Assembly: GCA_017405465.1 (NCBI GenBank)
Contig: JAFRAJ010000038.1
Location: 5,360-69,359 of the forward strand
From: Oscillospiraceae bacterium
Lineage (GTDB): Bacteria > Bacillota > Clostridia > Oscillospirales > Ruminococcaceae
Direction: 5' to 3'
DNA: 64,000 nt
This document shows positions 1 through 8,302 of the stretch, in pieces. Made by a program: the position numbers and the translations under genes. The notes below the pieces were generated by a model. It searched no databases, was not told the DNA's origin, and saw only the letters and a program-made list of their open reading frames with translations. Position 1 is the first letter of the stretch. Each line of letters opens with the position of its first letter.

Positions 1-1
1 C

Positions 2-415
2 TTCTACGTGAGTACGACAGGCAGGGTGATCACAAGAAAGACCGGCGACTACGTGAGCCGGATGATTGAGCTGGCCGGAGGACAGTATGTCTTCACCGAT
101 CTTGAAGACGACGGCTCGATGACATCATCAGTCACACTGGATCCCGAGTTTTTCTATGCAAATGCAAGGGACGCGGATGTGATCATCTACAACACGGCGA
201 TCGCAGGTGAGGTGTCGGACATAGAAAGTCTTATCGCCAAGTGCGAGCTGCTGGCTGATTTCAAGGCCGTTAAAAGCGGAGATGTCTGGTGCACTGAGAA
301 GAACATGTATCAGGAAATGACTGCATCCGGAGAGATGATCAAGGAGATACATGACATCCTCAGCGGCAAGTATGACGACGGGGACGGAACAGGGTATTTC
401 AGACGTCTCAGATAA
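2..415 (+). CDS. Substrate-binding protein of a cobalamin/Fe-siderophore-type ABC importer, C-terminal fragment (5' end outside window)
   Basis: Reading frame is open to the window edge. BtuF/FepB-like C-lobe sequence (DADVIIYN, FKAVKSGDVWC). Followed by FecCD permease and ATPase genes. Confidence 0.6.
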   Translation, partial: FYVSTTGRVITRKTGDYVSRMIELAGGQYVFTDLEDDGSMTSSVTLDPEFFYANARDADVIIYNTAIAGEVSDIESLIAKCELLADFKAVKSGDVWCTEKNMYQEMTASGEMIKEIHDILSGKYDDGDGTGYFRRLR

Positions 416-418
416 ATT

Positions 419-474
419 AATAAGGCGGATCTTTGATCGCGGAGCGGGTTTTCCGATCCGCTTTTTGCCTTATT
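419..474 (+). terminator. Hairpin plus T-run between binding-protein and permease genes (partial terminator or processing site)
   Basis: GCGGATC (425-431) pairs with GATCCGC (455-461), followed by TTTTT (462-466). Flanking AATAAG/CTTATT could extend the stem. Confidence 0.45.
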
Positions 475-519
475 ATGAATACGTATGATAAATTGACCTG
501 AAAGGAGTTCCGTACCGGA

Positions 520-1566
520 ATGTCAGCAGGAAGGAACAACACTAACAGCAGGAATGCTATGCGTACAGGCATGGTGTTCCTGTCTTTTGTTCTGCTTCTT
601 ATCGTTGCCGGAATATGGAATCTGAGAAGCGGGAGTGTACGCATACCGCTGGGTGAGATAGCAGATATACTGTCTGGACGCGGAGAGCCGGACAGCACCG
701 CGTACAGTGTTATCTGGAAGATAAGACTTCCGAGGATACTCCTCAGCGCGGTCCTCGGAGGAGCACTGTCACTGTCCGGATTCCTGATCCAGACATTCTT
801 CCGCAATCCGATAGCCGGACCTTTTGTGCTTGGTATCTCGTCCGGAGCAAAGATGTTCCTGGCATTCACCACCATAGCTGTAAGCGGCCTTTTCTCGGAT
901 ATGCCTGTCTCCGCCACTGTCGCGGCGTCATTCGCCGGGTCGGTGCTGTCGCTTCTGATAGTCATCCTTTTCACAGGCAGGGTGAGGAACATGTCATCTC
1001 TGCTGGTCATAGGAATGATGATCAGTTATATATGCTCGGCAGTGACCGACCTGCTCATCAATTTTGCCAACGACTCTGACATCATAAATCTGACTCACTG
1101 GTCAATGGGAAGTTTCTCTGCGGCGTCATGGCAGAGCGTAAGGATATCGGTTCTTATAGTGATACCGGCATTTTTTGCCGTTCTGGCATTCTCAAAGCAG
1201 ATGGAAGCCTACTCTCTCGGCGAAGGCTATGCCATGAGCCTCGGAGTCGACATCAAAGCGCTGAGGGTCCTGCTGGTGCTCCTTACCGGAGTGCTGTCCG
1301 CCTCCGTAGCGGCGTTCGCAGGACCGATATCGTTCGTTGGCATCGCGGTGCCCCACATCTGCCGTATGCTTCTCAAAACTGAGAAACCTATATTAATGAT
1401 CCCTGCATCGTTCCTTTGCGGCGCAGTGTTCTGCATGATGTGCGATCTTGCTGCAAGGATGCTCTTCTCACCGACGGAGCTGTCGATAAGCACCGTCACC
1501 AGTGCAATAGGAGCTCCGATAGTCATCTGGCTCATGCTGACAAGGAGGAACAGGAATGGCGGATAA
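520..1566 (+). CDS. FecCD-family ABC transporter permease (BtuC/FhuB-like)
   Basis: 348 aa polytopic membrane protein with a typical FecCD pattern (RLPRILLSAVLGGALSLSG..Q..FRNP.A.P..LG.SSGA). AAAGGAG RBS upstream. The stop overlaps the ATPase gene. Confidence 0.85.
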   Translation: MSAGRNNTNSRNAMRTGMVFLSFVLLLIVAGIWNLRSGSVRIPLGEIADILSGRGEPDSTAYSVIWKIRLPRILLSAVLGGALSLSGFLIQTFFRNPIAGPFVLGISSGAKMFLAFTTIAVSGLFSDMPVSATVAASFAGSVLSLLIVILFTGRVRNMSSLLVIGMMISYICSAVTDLLINFANDSDIINLTHWSMGSFSAASWQSVRISVLIVIPAFFAVLAFSKQMEAYSLGEGYAMSLGVDIKALRVLLVLLTGVLSASVAAFAGPISFVGIAVPHICRMLLKTEKPILMIPASFLCGAVFCMMCDLAARMLFSPTELSISTVTSAIGAPIVIWLMLTRRNRNGG

Positions 1567-2701
1567 CAGGAACGATACTCTCCCCATGATCAGCACAGAT
1601 GGCCTGAGCGTAGGTTACGGCAGTGTTCCGCTGATCCGTGACATTGCGCTCTCTGCAGGTAAAGGAGAGATCATCACGCTGATAGGACCGAACGGATCCG
1701 GAAAGACTACTATACTAAGGACCATCGCAAGACAGCTTTCTGTGCTAGCAGGGACAATATATATAGAAGATAAAGACATAAAGACTCTCAGCGGCAGCGA
1801 AATAGCTAAGAAGATGGCTGTCGTTCTGACCGAGAGGATACGTCCTGATCTTATGACAGCGTACGAATTCGTATCCGCCGGCAGATATCCGTATACCGGG
1901 AGGTTCGGACTGCTGACTGACAGAGACAGGGAAGCGGTGGAGAATGCTCTCCAGATGGTCAACGCCTCAGAGATCTCTGACAAATATGTCTCTGAGATCA
2001 GTGACGGGCAGTATCAGCGCATCCTCATAGCGAGAGCCGTCTGTCAGGAGCCGGAGATAATAGTACTGGATGAACCGACGTCCTTCCTGGATATAAAGCA
2101 TAAAAAGGAACTGCTGGAGATACTCTCTGCGATGACCAAGGACAGAGGGGTCTCCGTTCTGATGAGTCTGCATGAGATCGATCTTGCAGAACGGATATCC
2201 GACCGCATCATCTGCGTGAAAGGCGACAGGATAGCGGCCTACGGGACTCCTGATGAGATATTCTCCGGAAACACCATATCCGAACTCTACGGCATAGATC
2301 CGCGTTCATATGACACTCTCCTGGGGAAACTGGAGCTCTCAGCTCCGGAAGGAGAGATACGCTGCTTCGTGATAGGCGGAAACGGTACAGGCATTCCCTT
2401 CTACCGCGAACTGCAGAAAAAGAACGTGGCTTTTGCGGCGGGCATCCTAATGCCCAACGATATCGATGTATCGGTAGCTTCATCACTGGCTTCCAGGGTG
2501 GTGTGCTCGGAACCTTTCATGCCGGTGACAAATGAACAGATAGAGAAAGCCAGAAAGCTTATAGATCTTTCGGAGACTGTCGTCATCTGCGGCTGTCAGA
2601 AAGGCGAATACAACGAGGCAAACAGCGAACTGGAAGAGTACGCTGTAAGCAAAGGAAAGACTGTCGTGAGGTCGCTAAGCGGTCTCAGGGAGGTATTATG
2701 A
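1556..2701 (+). CDS. ABC transporter ATP-binding protein (BtuD/FepC-like) with ~130-aa C-terminal extension
   Basis: Walker A GPNGSGKTT, signature-like ISDGQ, Walker B IIVLDEPTS, H-loop SLHE. The NBD ends near aa 250 but the protein is 381 aa. Confidence 0.85.
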   Translation: MADNRNDTLPMISTDGLSVGYGSVPLIRDIALSAGKGEIITLIGPNGSGKTTILRTIARQLSVLAGTIYIEDKDIKTLSGSEIAKKMAVVLTERIRPDLMTAYEFVSAGRYPYTGRFGLLTDRDREAVENALQMVNASEISDKYVSEISDGQYQRILIARAVCQEPEIIVLDEPTSFLDIKHKKELLEILSAMTKDRGVSVLMSLHEIDLAERISDRIICVKGDRIAAYGTPDEIFSGNTISELYGIDPRSYDTLLGKLELSAPEGEIRCFVIGGNGTGIPFYRELQKKNVAFAAGILMPNDIDVSVASSLASRVVCSEPFMPVTNEQIEKARKLIDLSETVVICGCQKGEYNEANSELEEYAVSKGKTVVRSLSGLREVL

Positions 2702-4056
2702 GTCATCCCAGAGTGATATTTGCAGGGACTTCCAGCGGAAGCGGCAAGACCGCAGCGGTATGTGCAGTGCTGTCTCTTCTCAAAAGAAGAGGAACTGACG
2801 TCAGATCCTGCAAATGCGGCCCCGATTATATAGATCCCATGTTCCACCGGGCAGTTCTCGGAATAGGAAGCTCGAACCTTGATCCGTTCTTCTGTGACGG
2901 AGATCTTCTGAGATATCTGGTCTCAGACTGTCCGCAGGATATGCTGACAGTCATCGAGGGAGTGATGGGATACTACGACGGAACGGGAGAGGACGGTACC
3001 GATAACAGCACGTATACGGTAGCTGCGGCCACAGACTCTCCGGTCATCCTGATAGTCAACGCGAGAGGCGCTGCCGTTTCGCTGGTCGCGATGGTGGAGG
3101 GATTCCTGAGATTCCGTCCTGACAGCAGGATCAGAGGTGTCCTTTTCAGCAGGATGTCGGCTATGAACTATAAGAATGTTGCTTCTCTCATGAAGAAGCG
3201 TTTCGGCGATGAGATCGTTCCCGTAGGCTATATACCTCAGCTGCCGGAAGAGTGTCTGATACCTTCCAGGCATCTTGGCCTGATAACCGCAGCGGAGATA
3301 GAAGATCTGACGGAGAGACTGAATAAGGCTGCTGACCTCTGCGAAGACACCATAGATCTTGACGCGGTCCTGAGAATAGCGTCAGAGGCGGAGGAACCTC
3401 AGTATAAAGCTCCTCACATACCGGCGCTGCCTCCTGTCAGGCTGGCAATGGCGAGAGACGACGCTTTCTGTTTCAGTTATGACGATACTGAGAGGCTCTT
3501 CAGGAAGATGGGAGCCGAGATAGAATATTTCTCACCTCTCGCCGGGGAAGCAGTGCCTGCTGACGCAGACGGGCTTCTGCTGCCGGGCGGGTATCCCGAA
3601 CTGCACGCGGAGGAACTTGAGAACAGCTCGTCCTCCAGAGAGAGCGTAAGGAAAGCGGTGGAAGGCGGGATGCCGACCATAGCTGAGTGCGGCGGATTCC
3701 AGTATTTGGGAGAGGAACTGGCAGGCAGAAAGATGTGCGGGGTGCTTCCTCACAGCAGTTACGATACAGGAAAACTGGTGCGCTTCGGATACGTGACCAT
3801 AACCGCGCGGCATGACGGACTGCTGGGACAGGAAGGAACCCAGCTCAGGACTCATGAGTTCCATTACTGGGACAGCACTGAGAACGGAGACGCATTCCGC
3901 GCGGTAAAGCCCAACGGAAGGAGCTGGGACTGCTGCGTCATGACGGATACTCTATATGCCGGATACCCGCATCTGTATCTAATGTCATGCATGCCTGCAG
4001 CGGAATCATTCTACAGAAAATGTCTTGTATATAAAAACGAAAGGGAAAGAACATGA
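2698..4056 (+). CDS. cbiA: Cobyrinate a,c-diamide synthase
   Basis: N-terminal AGTSSGSGKT ATPase motif, KCGPDYIDP, and a C-terminal glutamine amidotransferase domain (AECGGFQYL). ATGA overlap with the upstream gene. Confidence 0.9.
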   Translation: MSHPRVIFAGTSSGSGKTAAVCAVLSLLKRRGTDVRSCKCGPDYIDPMFHRAVLGIGSSNLDPFFCDGDLLRYLVSDCPQDMLTVIEGVMGYYDGTGEDGTDNSTYTVAAATDSPVILIVNARGAAVSLVAMVEGFLRFRPDSRIRGVLFSRMSAMNYKNVASLMKKRFGDEIVPVGYIPQLPEECLIPSRHLGLITAAEIEDLTERLNKAADLCEDTIDLDAVLRIASEAEEPQYKAPHIPALPPVRLAMARDDAFCFSYDDTERLFRKMGAEIEYFSPLAGEAVPADADGLLLPGGYPELHAEELENSSSSRESVRKAVEGGMPTIAECGGFQYLGEELAGRKMCGVLPHSSYDTGKLVRFGYVTITARHDGLLGQEGTQLRTHEFHYWDSTENGDAFRAVKPNGRSWDCCVMTDTLYAGYPHLYLMSCMPAAESFYRKCLVYKNERERT

Positions 4057-4670
4057 TCATCACCGACCCCAGAGAGATAGAGAAGAGGAGCCTCGAGATA
4101 ATCGAGAGCGAACTAACGGTAGATATACCGCAGGAGAACCTCGCGGTAGTAAAACGCGTGATACATACCACCGCGGATTTTGACTATGCGGTGAACCTCA
4201 CATTCTCGGACGGAGCTGTGGCAAAAGCGCTGGAAGCCCTGAGATCCGGGTGCGACATAGTCACTGATACTCAGATGGCAAAGTCAGGGATCAACAAGGC
4301 TGCGGCTGAGAAGCTGGGGATCAACATACACTGCTTCATGAGCGATCCAGACGTGGCTGCGGAAGCCAAAGAGAGAGGCTGCACCCGCGCCAGTGTATCC
4401 ATGGAGAAAGCGGCGAGAGTCGCAGGCTCCGGCATATTTGCAATAGGCAATGCGCCGACGGCTCTGATAATGCTGCGCGAGATGATAGAAGAAGGCAGGA
4501 TCTCCCCGAAACTGGTAGTCGGAGTGCCTGTCGGTTTTGTCAACGTAGTGGAATCCAAGGAAGAGATAATGCAGACCGGCGTTCCGTATATCGTCGCAAG
4601 AGGACGCAAAGGCGGATCGACTGTAGCAGCAGCGATAATCAACGCCCTTATGTATCAGATAACGAGATGA
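4053..4670 (+). CDS. cbiC: Cobalt-precorrin-8 methylmutase
   Basis: 205 aa with HTTADFDY and GNAPTAL motifs typical of CbiC/CobH. Confidence 0.9.
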   Translation: MIITDPREIEKRSLEIIESELTVDIPQENLAVVKRVIHTTADFDYAVNLTFSDGAVAKALEALRSGCDIVTDTQMAKSGINKAAAEKLGINIHCFMSDPDVAAEAKERGCTRASVSMEKAARVAGSGIFAIGNAPTALIMLREMIEEGRISPKLVVGVPVGFVNVVESKEEIMQTGVPYIVARGRKGGSTVAAAIINALMYQITR

Positions 4671-5806
4671 TGCAGAGTTTCATAACAAAAGACGGAAAGA
4701 GGATGCGCCGCGGTTACACCACGGGGTCCTGCGCTGCCGCTGCCGCAAAATCTGCAGCACTCATGCTGCTGGAAGACAGAGACATCGGGACCATCCATCT
4801 TACGACTCCCGGCGGAGCGGAACTTGATCTTGCCGTTACGGAGACGGTCCGCGGCGACGGTTTCGTTTACTGCGGAATAGTCAAGGACAGCGGGGACGAC
4901 CCGGACGTGACAAACGGGATCACTGTCTACGCAAGGGTAGAGAAGACAGACGAGCCTCATGAGATACTGATCGATGGAGGAGAAGGCATAGGAAGGGTCA
5001 CGAAGCGAGGGCTCGACCAGCCTGTAGGAAACGCCGCCATCAATTCGGTGCCGCGGAGGATGATCACCCAGGAGCTCCTGCAGGTCTGCGATGACTGCGG
5101 ATACAAGGGCGGGCTCAGCGTCGTGATCTCAGCTCCTGCAGGAACGGAGATAGCCAAGAAGACGTTCAACCCAAGGCTCGGTATCGTGGGAGGGATATCG
5201 ATACTCGGCACTACCGGCATAGTTGAGCCTATGAGCGACGACGCCGTAGTCGAGACCATACGCACAGAACTGTCCATGCGCGCAGCGGAAGGAAAAAAGT
5301 CGGTACTCCTTATAATAGGCAATTACGGTTCGGACTTTATCCGTGACAGCCTCAGAATAGATCCCGAGATCGCGGTGACTACCTCGAATTTCATAGGTGA
5401 CGCGTTCAGGCTGGCTTCCGAGGCGGGGTTCAGCGACGCTCTTCTGATAGGGCATATAGGCAAGACCGTGAAGCTGGCCGGCGGACTGTTCAATACTCAT
5501 TCAAAATGGGGTGACTGCAGAGCGGAGATATTCGCGTCTCACGCCGGAATGTGCGGAGCGGACCGAGGGACTGTGGCGCGTCTCATGGATTCAGCCATGA
5601 CCGACGACATGCTGTCAATACTCGATGAGAGCGGCCTGAGGGAGAAAGTCATGGAGAGCATCATGGAAAAGACCGATTATCTGCTGCAGCACAGACCTCT
5701 GGGCAGCATGAACACAGCGGTCGTCTCCTTCTCAAAGGAATACGGAATACTGGGAATGACGGCGAAAGCCGAGGACATAATGGAAAAGATCAGAAAGGAA
5801 TACTGA
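4667..5806 (+). CDS. cbiD: Cobalt-precorrin-5B (C1)-methyltransferase
   Basis: 379 aa. RRGYTTGSCAAAAAKSA N-terminus and GGISILGTTGIVEPMS motif typical of CbiD. Confidence 0.9.
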   Translation: MMQSFITKDGKRMRRGYTTGSCAAAAAKSAALMLLEDRDIGTIHLTTPGGAELDLAVTETVRGDGFVYCGIVKDSGDDPDVTNGITVYARVEKTDEPHEILIDGGEGIGRVTKRGLDQPVGNAAINSVPRRMITQELLQVCDDCGYKGGLSVVISAPAGTEIAKKTFNPRLGIVGGISILGTTGIVEPMSDDAVVETIRTELSMRAAEGKKSVLLIIGNYGSDFIRDSLRIDPEIAVTTSNFIGDAFRLASEAGFSDALLIGHIGKTVKLAGGLFNTHSKWGDCRAEIFASHAGMCGADRGTVARLMDSAMTDDMLSILDESGLREKVMESIMEKTDYLLQHRPLGSMNTAVVSFSKEYGILGMTAKAEDIMEKIRKEY

Positions 5807-5808
5807 TA

Positions 5809-6564
5809 ATGGTACATATAGTCGGAGCGGGCTGCGGAGCCCCCGATCTCATCACTCTCAGAGGGATGAGACAGCTGGAGGAAGCTGACGTCATCATCTA
5901 CGCCGGTTCACTGGTAAATACAGAACTTCTTAAGTATGCACACGAAGGCTGTGAACTTCATGACAGCGCGAAGATGACTCTGGAAGAGATAATCGATGTG
6001 ATAAGTGAAGCGGAGAAGGCCGGGAAGACTACAGTCAGACTGCATACCGGAGACCCGTCGCTGTACGGCGCCATAGGCGAGCAGATGAGCGAACTGGACA
6101 GGCTGGGGATAGACTATGACATCACTCCCGGCGTCAGTTCATTTGCCGGAGCTGCTGCTGCCCTCAAAGCCGAATACACGGTCCCGGATGTCTCGCAGAC
6201 CGTGATCATAACAAGAGCTGCAGGCAGGACGCCGGTCCCGGAGAAGGAGGATCTCAGATCACTCGCTTCCCACAGAGCGACGATGGTGCTGTTCCTCAGT
6301 ACCGGTCTGCTGGATAAAGCAACAGCTGAACTGACGGCAGGCGGCTACAGCCCTGACACACCGGCTGCCATCGTGTACAAGGCCTCATGGGAGGACGAGA
6401 AGGTCTGCCGCTGCACACTGGCAACGCTCAGGGAGACCGCTGAGAAGAACGGTATAACCAAGACTGCGCTCATCGTCGTCGGGAAGTTTTTGGAGGAGAG
6501 CAATACAAGATCGCTGCTCTACGATCCTGGTTTCTCCACGGAATTCAGGGAGGCATCCAAATGA
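5809..6564 (+). CDS. cbiF: Cobalt-precorrin-4 C11-methyltransferase
   Basis: Tetrapyrrole methylase fold: VHIVGAGCGAPDLITLRG, VRLHTGDPSLYGA. Confidence 0.9.
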   Translation: MVHIVGAGCGAPDLITLRGMRQLEEADVIIYAGSLVNTELLKYAHEGCELHDSAKMTLEEIIDVISEAEKAGKTTVRLHTGDPSLYGAIGEQMSELDRLGIDYDITPGVSSFAGAAAALKAEYTVPDVSQTVIITRAAGRTPVPEKEDLRSLASHRATMVLFLSTGLLDKATAELTAGGYSPDTPAAIVYKASWEDEKVCRCTLATLRETAEKNGITKTALIVVGKFLEESNTRSLLYDPGFSTEFREASK

Positions 6565-7577
6565 CATACAGCATCTTCTGCTTTTCAGATGCGGGAGCCT
6601 CTCTGGCTCTGAAGCTCTGCGAGATGCTGAGAGTGGACAGGCTGAACGTCCATTCCACACCGAAATATGCCGGAAAGCACGGATTCACTGAACATGAGAC
6701 CATATCTTCTGCTACGGGGGATCTTTTCAGGGAAAGCGATGCGCTGATCTTCATAGGAGCTGCGGGAATAGCGGTGAGGTCGATCGCTCCGCATGTCGTA
6801 AGCAAGGTCTCCGATCCGGCTGTGCTGGTGATCGATGACCGCGGCAGGTTCGTCATATCTCTTCTTTCAGGACATATCGGAGGAGCGAACGGACTTGCCC
6901 GCAGCATTGCGGGACTGATCGGCGCGGAACCTGTCATTACGACGGCTACGGACGGTGCGGGGAAGTTCTCCTGCGACGCGTGGGCCGTGACACATGACTG
7001 TGCGATCTCGTCCATGGCAGCGGCAAAAGACGTATCTGCTGCAATACTCACCGGCGACATTCCCGTAGCTGCGGAATATCCGCTGCCGGAAGAGCTCCCG
7101 TCTGGACTCAGAAGAGCGGAAGAAGGAGAGCTTGGGATATATATAGGCATTCATAAGAATGATCCTTTTGATACTACCCTGAGACTGATACCTAGGACAG
7201 TAACGCTGGGGATCGGCTGCAGGAAGGATATTTCGCTGGAGAGCGTTATGGCTGCAGTCCGGTCAGTGCTGGACGAAGCAAATATCGAGCTGAGGGCAGT
7301 CGGAAGGATAGCCTCCATAGTCAACAAGAAAGATGAGAAAGGGCTGCTGGAGGCGGCGCGGGTGATCGGGGCGGAAACAGTTTTCTTCACTGCTGACGAG
7401 CTCAATGCCGTGCCGGGTGAATTTGAGGAATCGGAATTCGTAAGGAAGACGGTGGGGACGGGCAACGTGTGCGAGCGCGCAGCCGTTCTAGCCGGCGGAG
7501 AACTGATAATAAAAAAGACCGCTGTCAACGGTGTCACCGTAGCAGCGTCAGTACAGGAGCGGAGGATAGAATTTTGA
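6561..7577 (+). CDS. cbiG: Cobalt-precorrin-5A hydrolase
   Basis: 338 aa. CbiG-like N and C domains (LGIGCRKD, ASIVNKKDEKGL). Positioned between cbiF and cbiH. Confidence 0.85.
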   Translation: MTYSIFCFSDAGASLALKLCEMLRVDRLNVHSTPKYAGKHGFTEHETISSATGDLFRESDALIFIGAAGIAVRSIAPHVVSKVSDPAVLVIDDRGRFVISLLSGHIGGANGLARSIAGLIGAEPVITTATDGAGKFSCDAWAVTHDCAISSMAAAKDVSAAILTGDIPVAAEYPLPEELPSGLRRAEEGELGIYIGIHKNDPFDTTLRLIPRTVTLGIGCRKDISLESVMAAVRSVLDEANIELRAVGRIASIVNKKDEKGLLEAARVIGAETVFFTADELNAVPGEFEESEFVRKTVGTGNVCERAAVLAGGELIIKKTAVNGVTVAASVQERRIEF

Positions 7578-8302
7578 AAAAGCTTATTGTTGCGGGTATC
7601 GGAGCGGGAAGTTACGACGGGCTCACCGTCGCTGCAGTGAAGGCGCTGGAAGGCGCCGACCTCATAGTAGGTTACACGGTCTACTGTGACCTCATCAAAC
7701 CGTATTTTCCCGATAAGGAATTCGTATCCACTCCCATGATGAAGGAGATAGAGCGCTGCAGGATCGCCCTGGAGCACGCAGCTTCCGGCAAACTGACCGT
7801 CATGATATGCAGCGGAGACGCAGGCATCTACGGAATGGCTTCTCCTATACTTGAACTGGCAGGTGAATACGGAGTCGAGGTGGAGGTGATACCGGGAGTC
7901 ACCGCAGCGACATCAGGAGCCGCTCTGCTTGGATCACCCATCACATGCGATTTTGCGGTGATCAGCCTGTCTGACCTGCTGACTCCGATGGAACGCATTG
8001 AAAAGAGACTTGAAGGTGCTGCCATGGCTGATCTGTGCATCGTGCTGTACAATCCGTCCAGCCGCAAACGCGCAGACTATCTGATGCGCGCCTGCGATAT
8101 AGTCCTGAAATACCGCAGTCCGGAGACAGTATGCGGCATCGCCAGGAACATAGGAAGGGAAGGCGAGAGCTGCACGGTCATGACACTTGCCGAGCTCAGA
8201 GAGACCGCGACTGACATGTTCACCACGGTGTTCATCGGCAACTCCGAGACGAAGGAGATCGACGGTCATATGGTGACTCCCAGAGGATACAGGAATGAGT
8301 GA
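7574..8302 (+). CDS. cbiH: Cobalt-factor III / precorrin-3B C17-methyltransferase
   Basis: TTG start at 7574 overlaps the cbiG stop (TTGA). LKKLIVAGIGAGSYDGLT methylase N-terminus. The longer 7469 ORF start lies inside cbiG. Confidence 0.85.
   Translation: MKKLIVAGIGAGSYDGLTVAAVKALEGADLIVGYTVYCDLIKPYFPDKEFVSTPMMKEIERCRIALEHAASGKLTVMICSGDAGIYGMASPILELAGEYGVEVEVIPGVTAATSGAALLGSPITCDFAVISLSDLLTPMERIEKRLEGAAMADLCIVLYNPSSRKRADYLMRACDIVLKYRSPETVCGIARNIGREGESCTVMTLAELRETATDMFTTVFIGNSETKEIDGHMVTPRGYRNE

Noticed and set aside
7469-7573. N-terminal extension of the cbiH ORF (ATG at 7469)
   Set aside because: The extension lies inside cbiG and is Arg/Ser-rich. The methylase sequence begins at the TTG (7574) that overlaps the cbiG stop.
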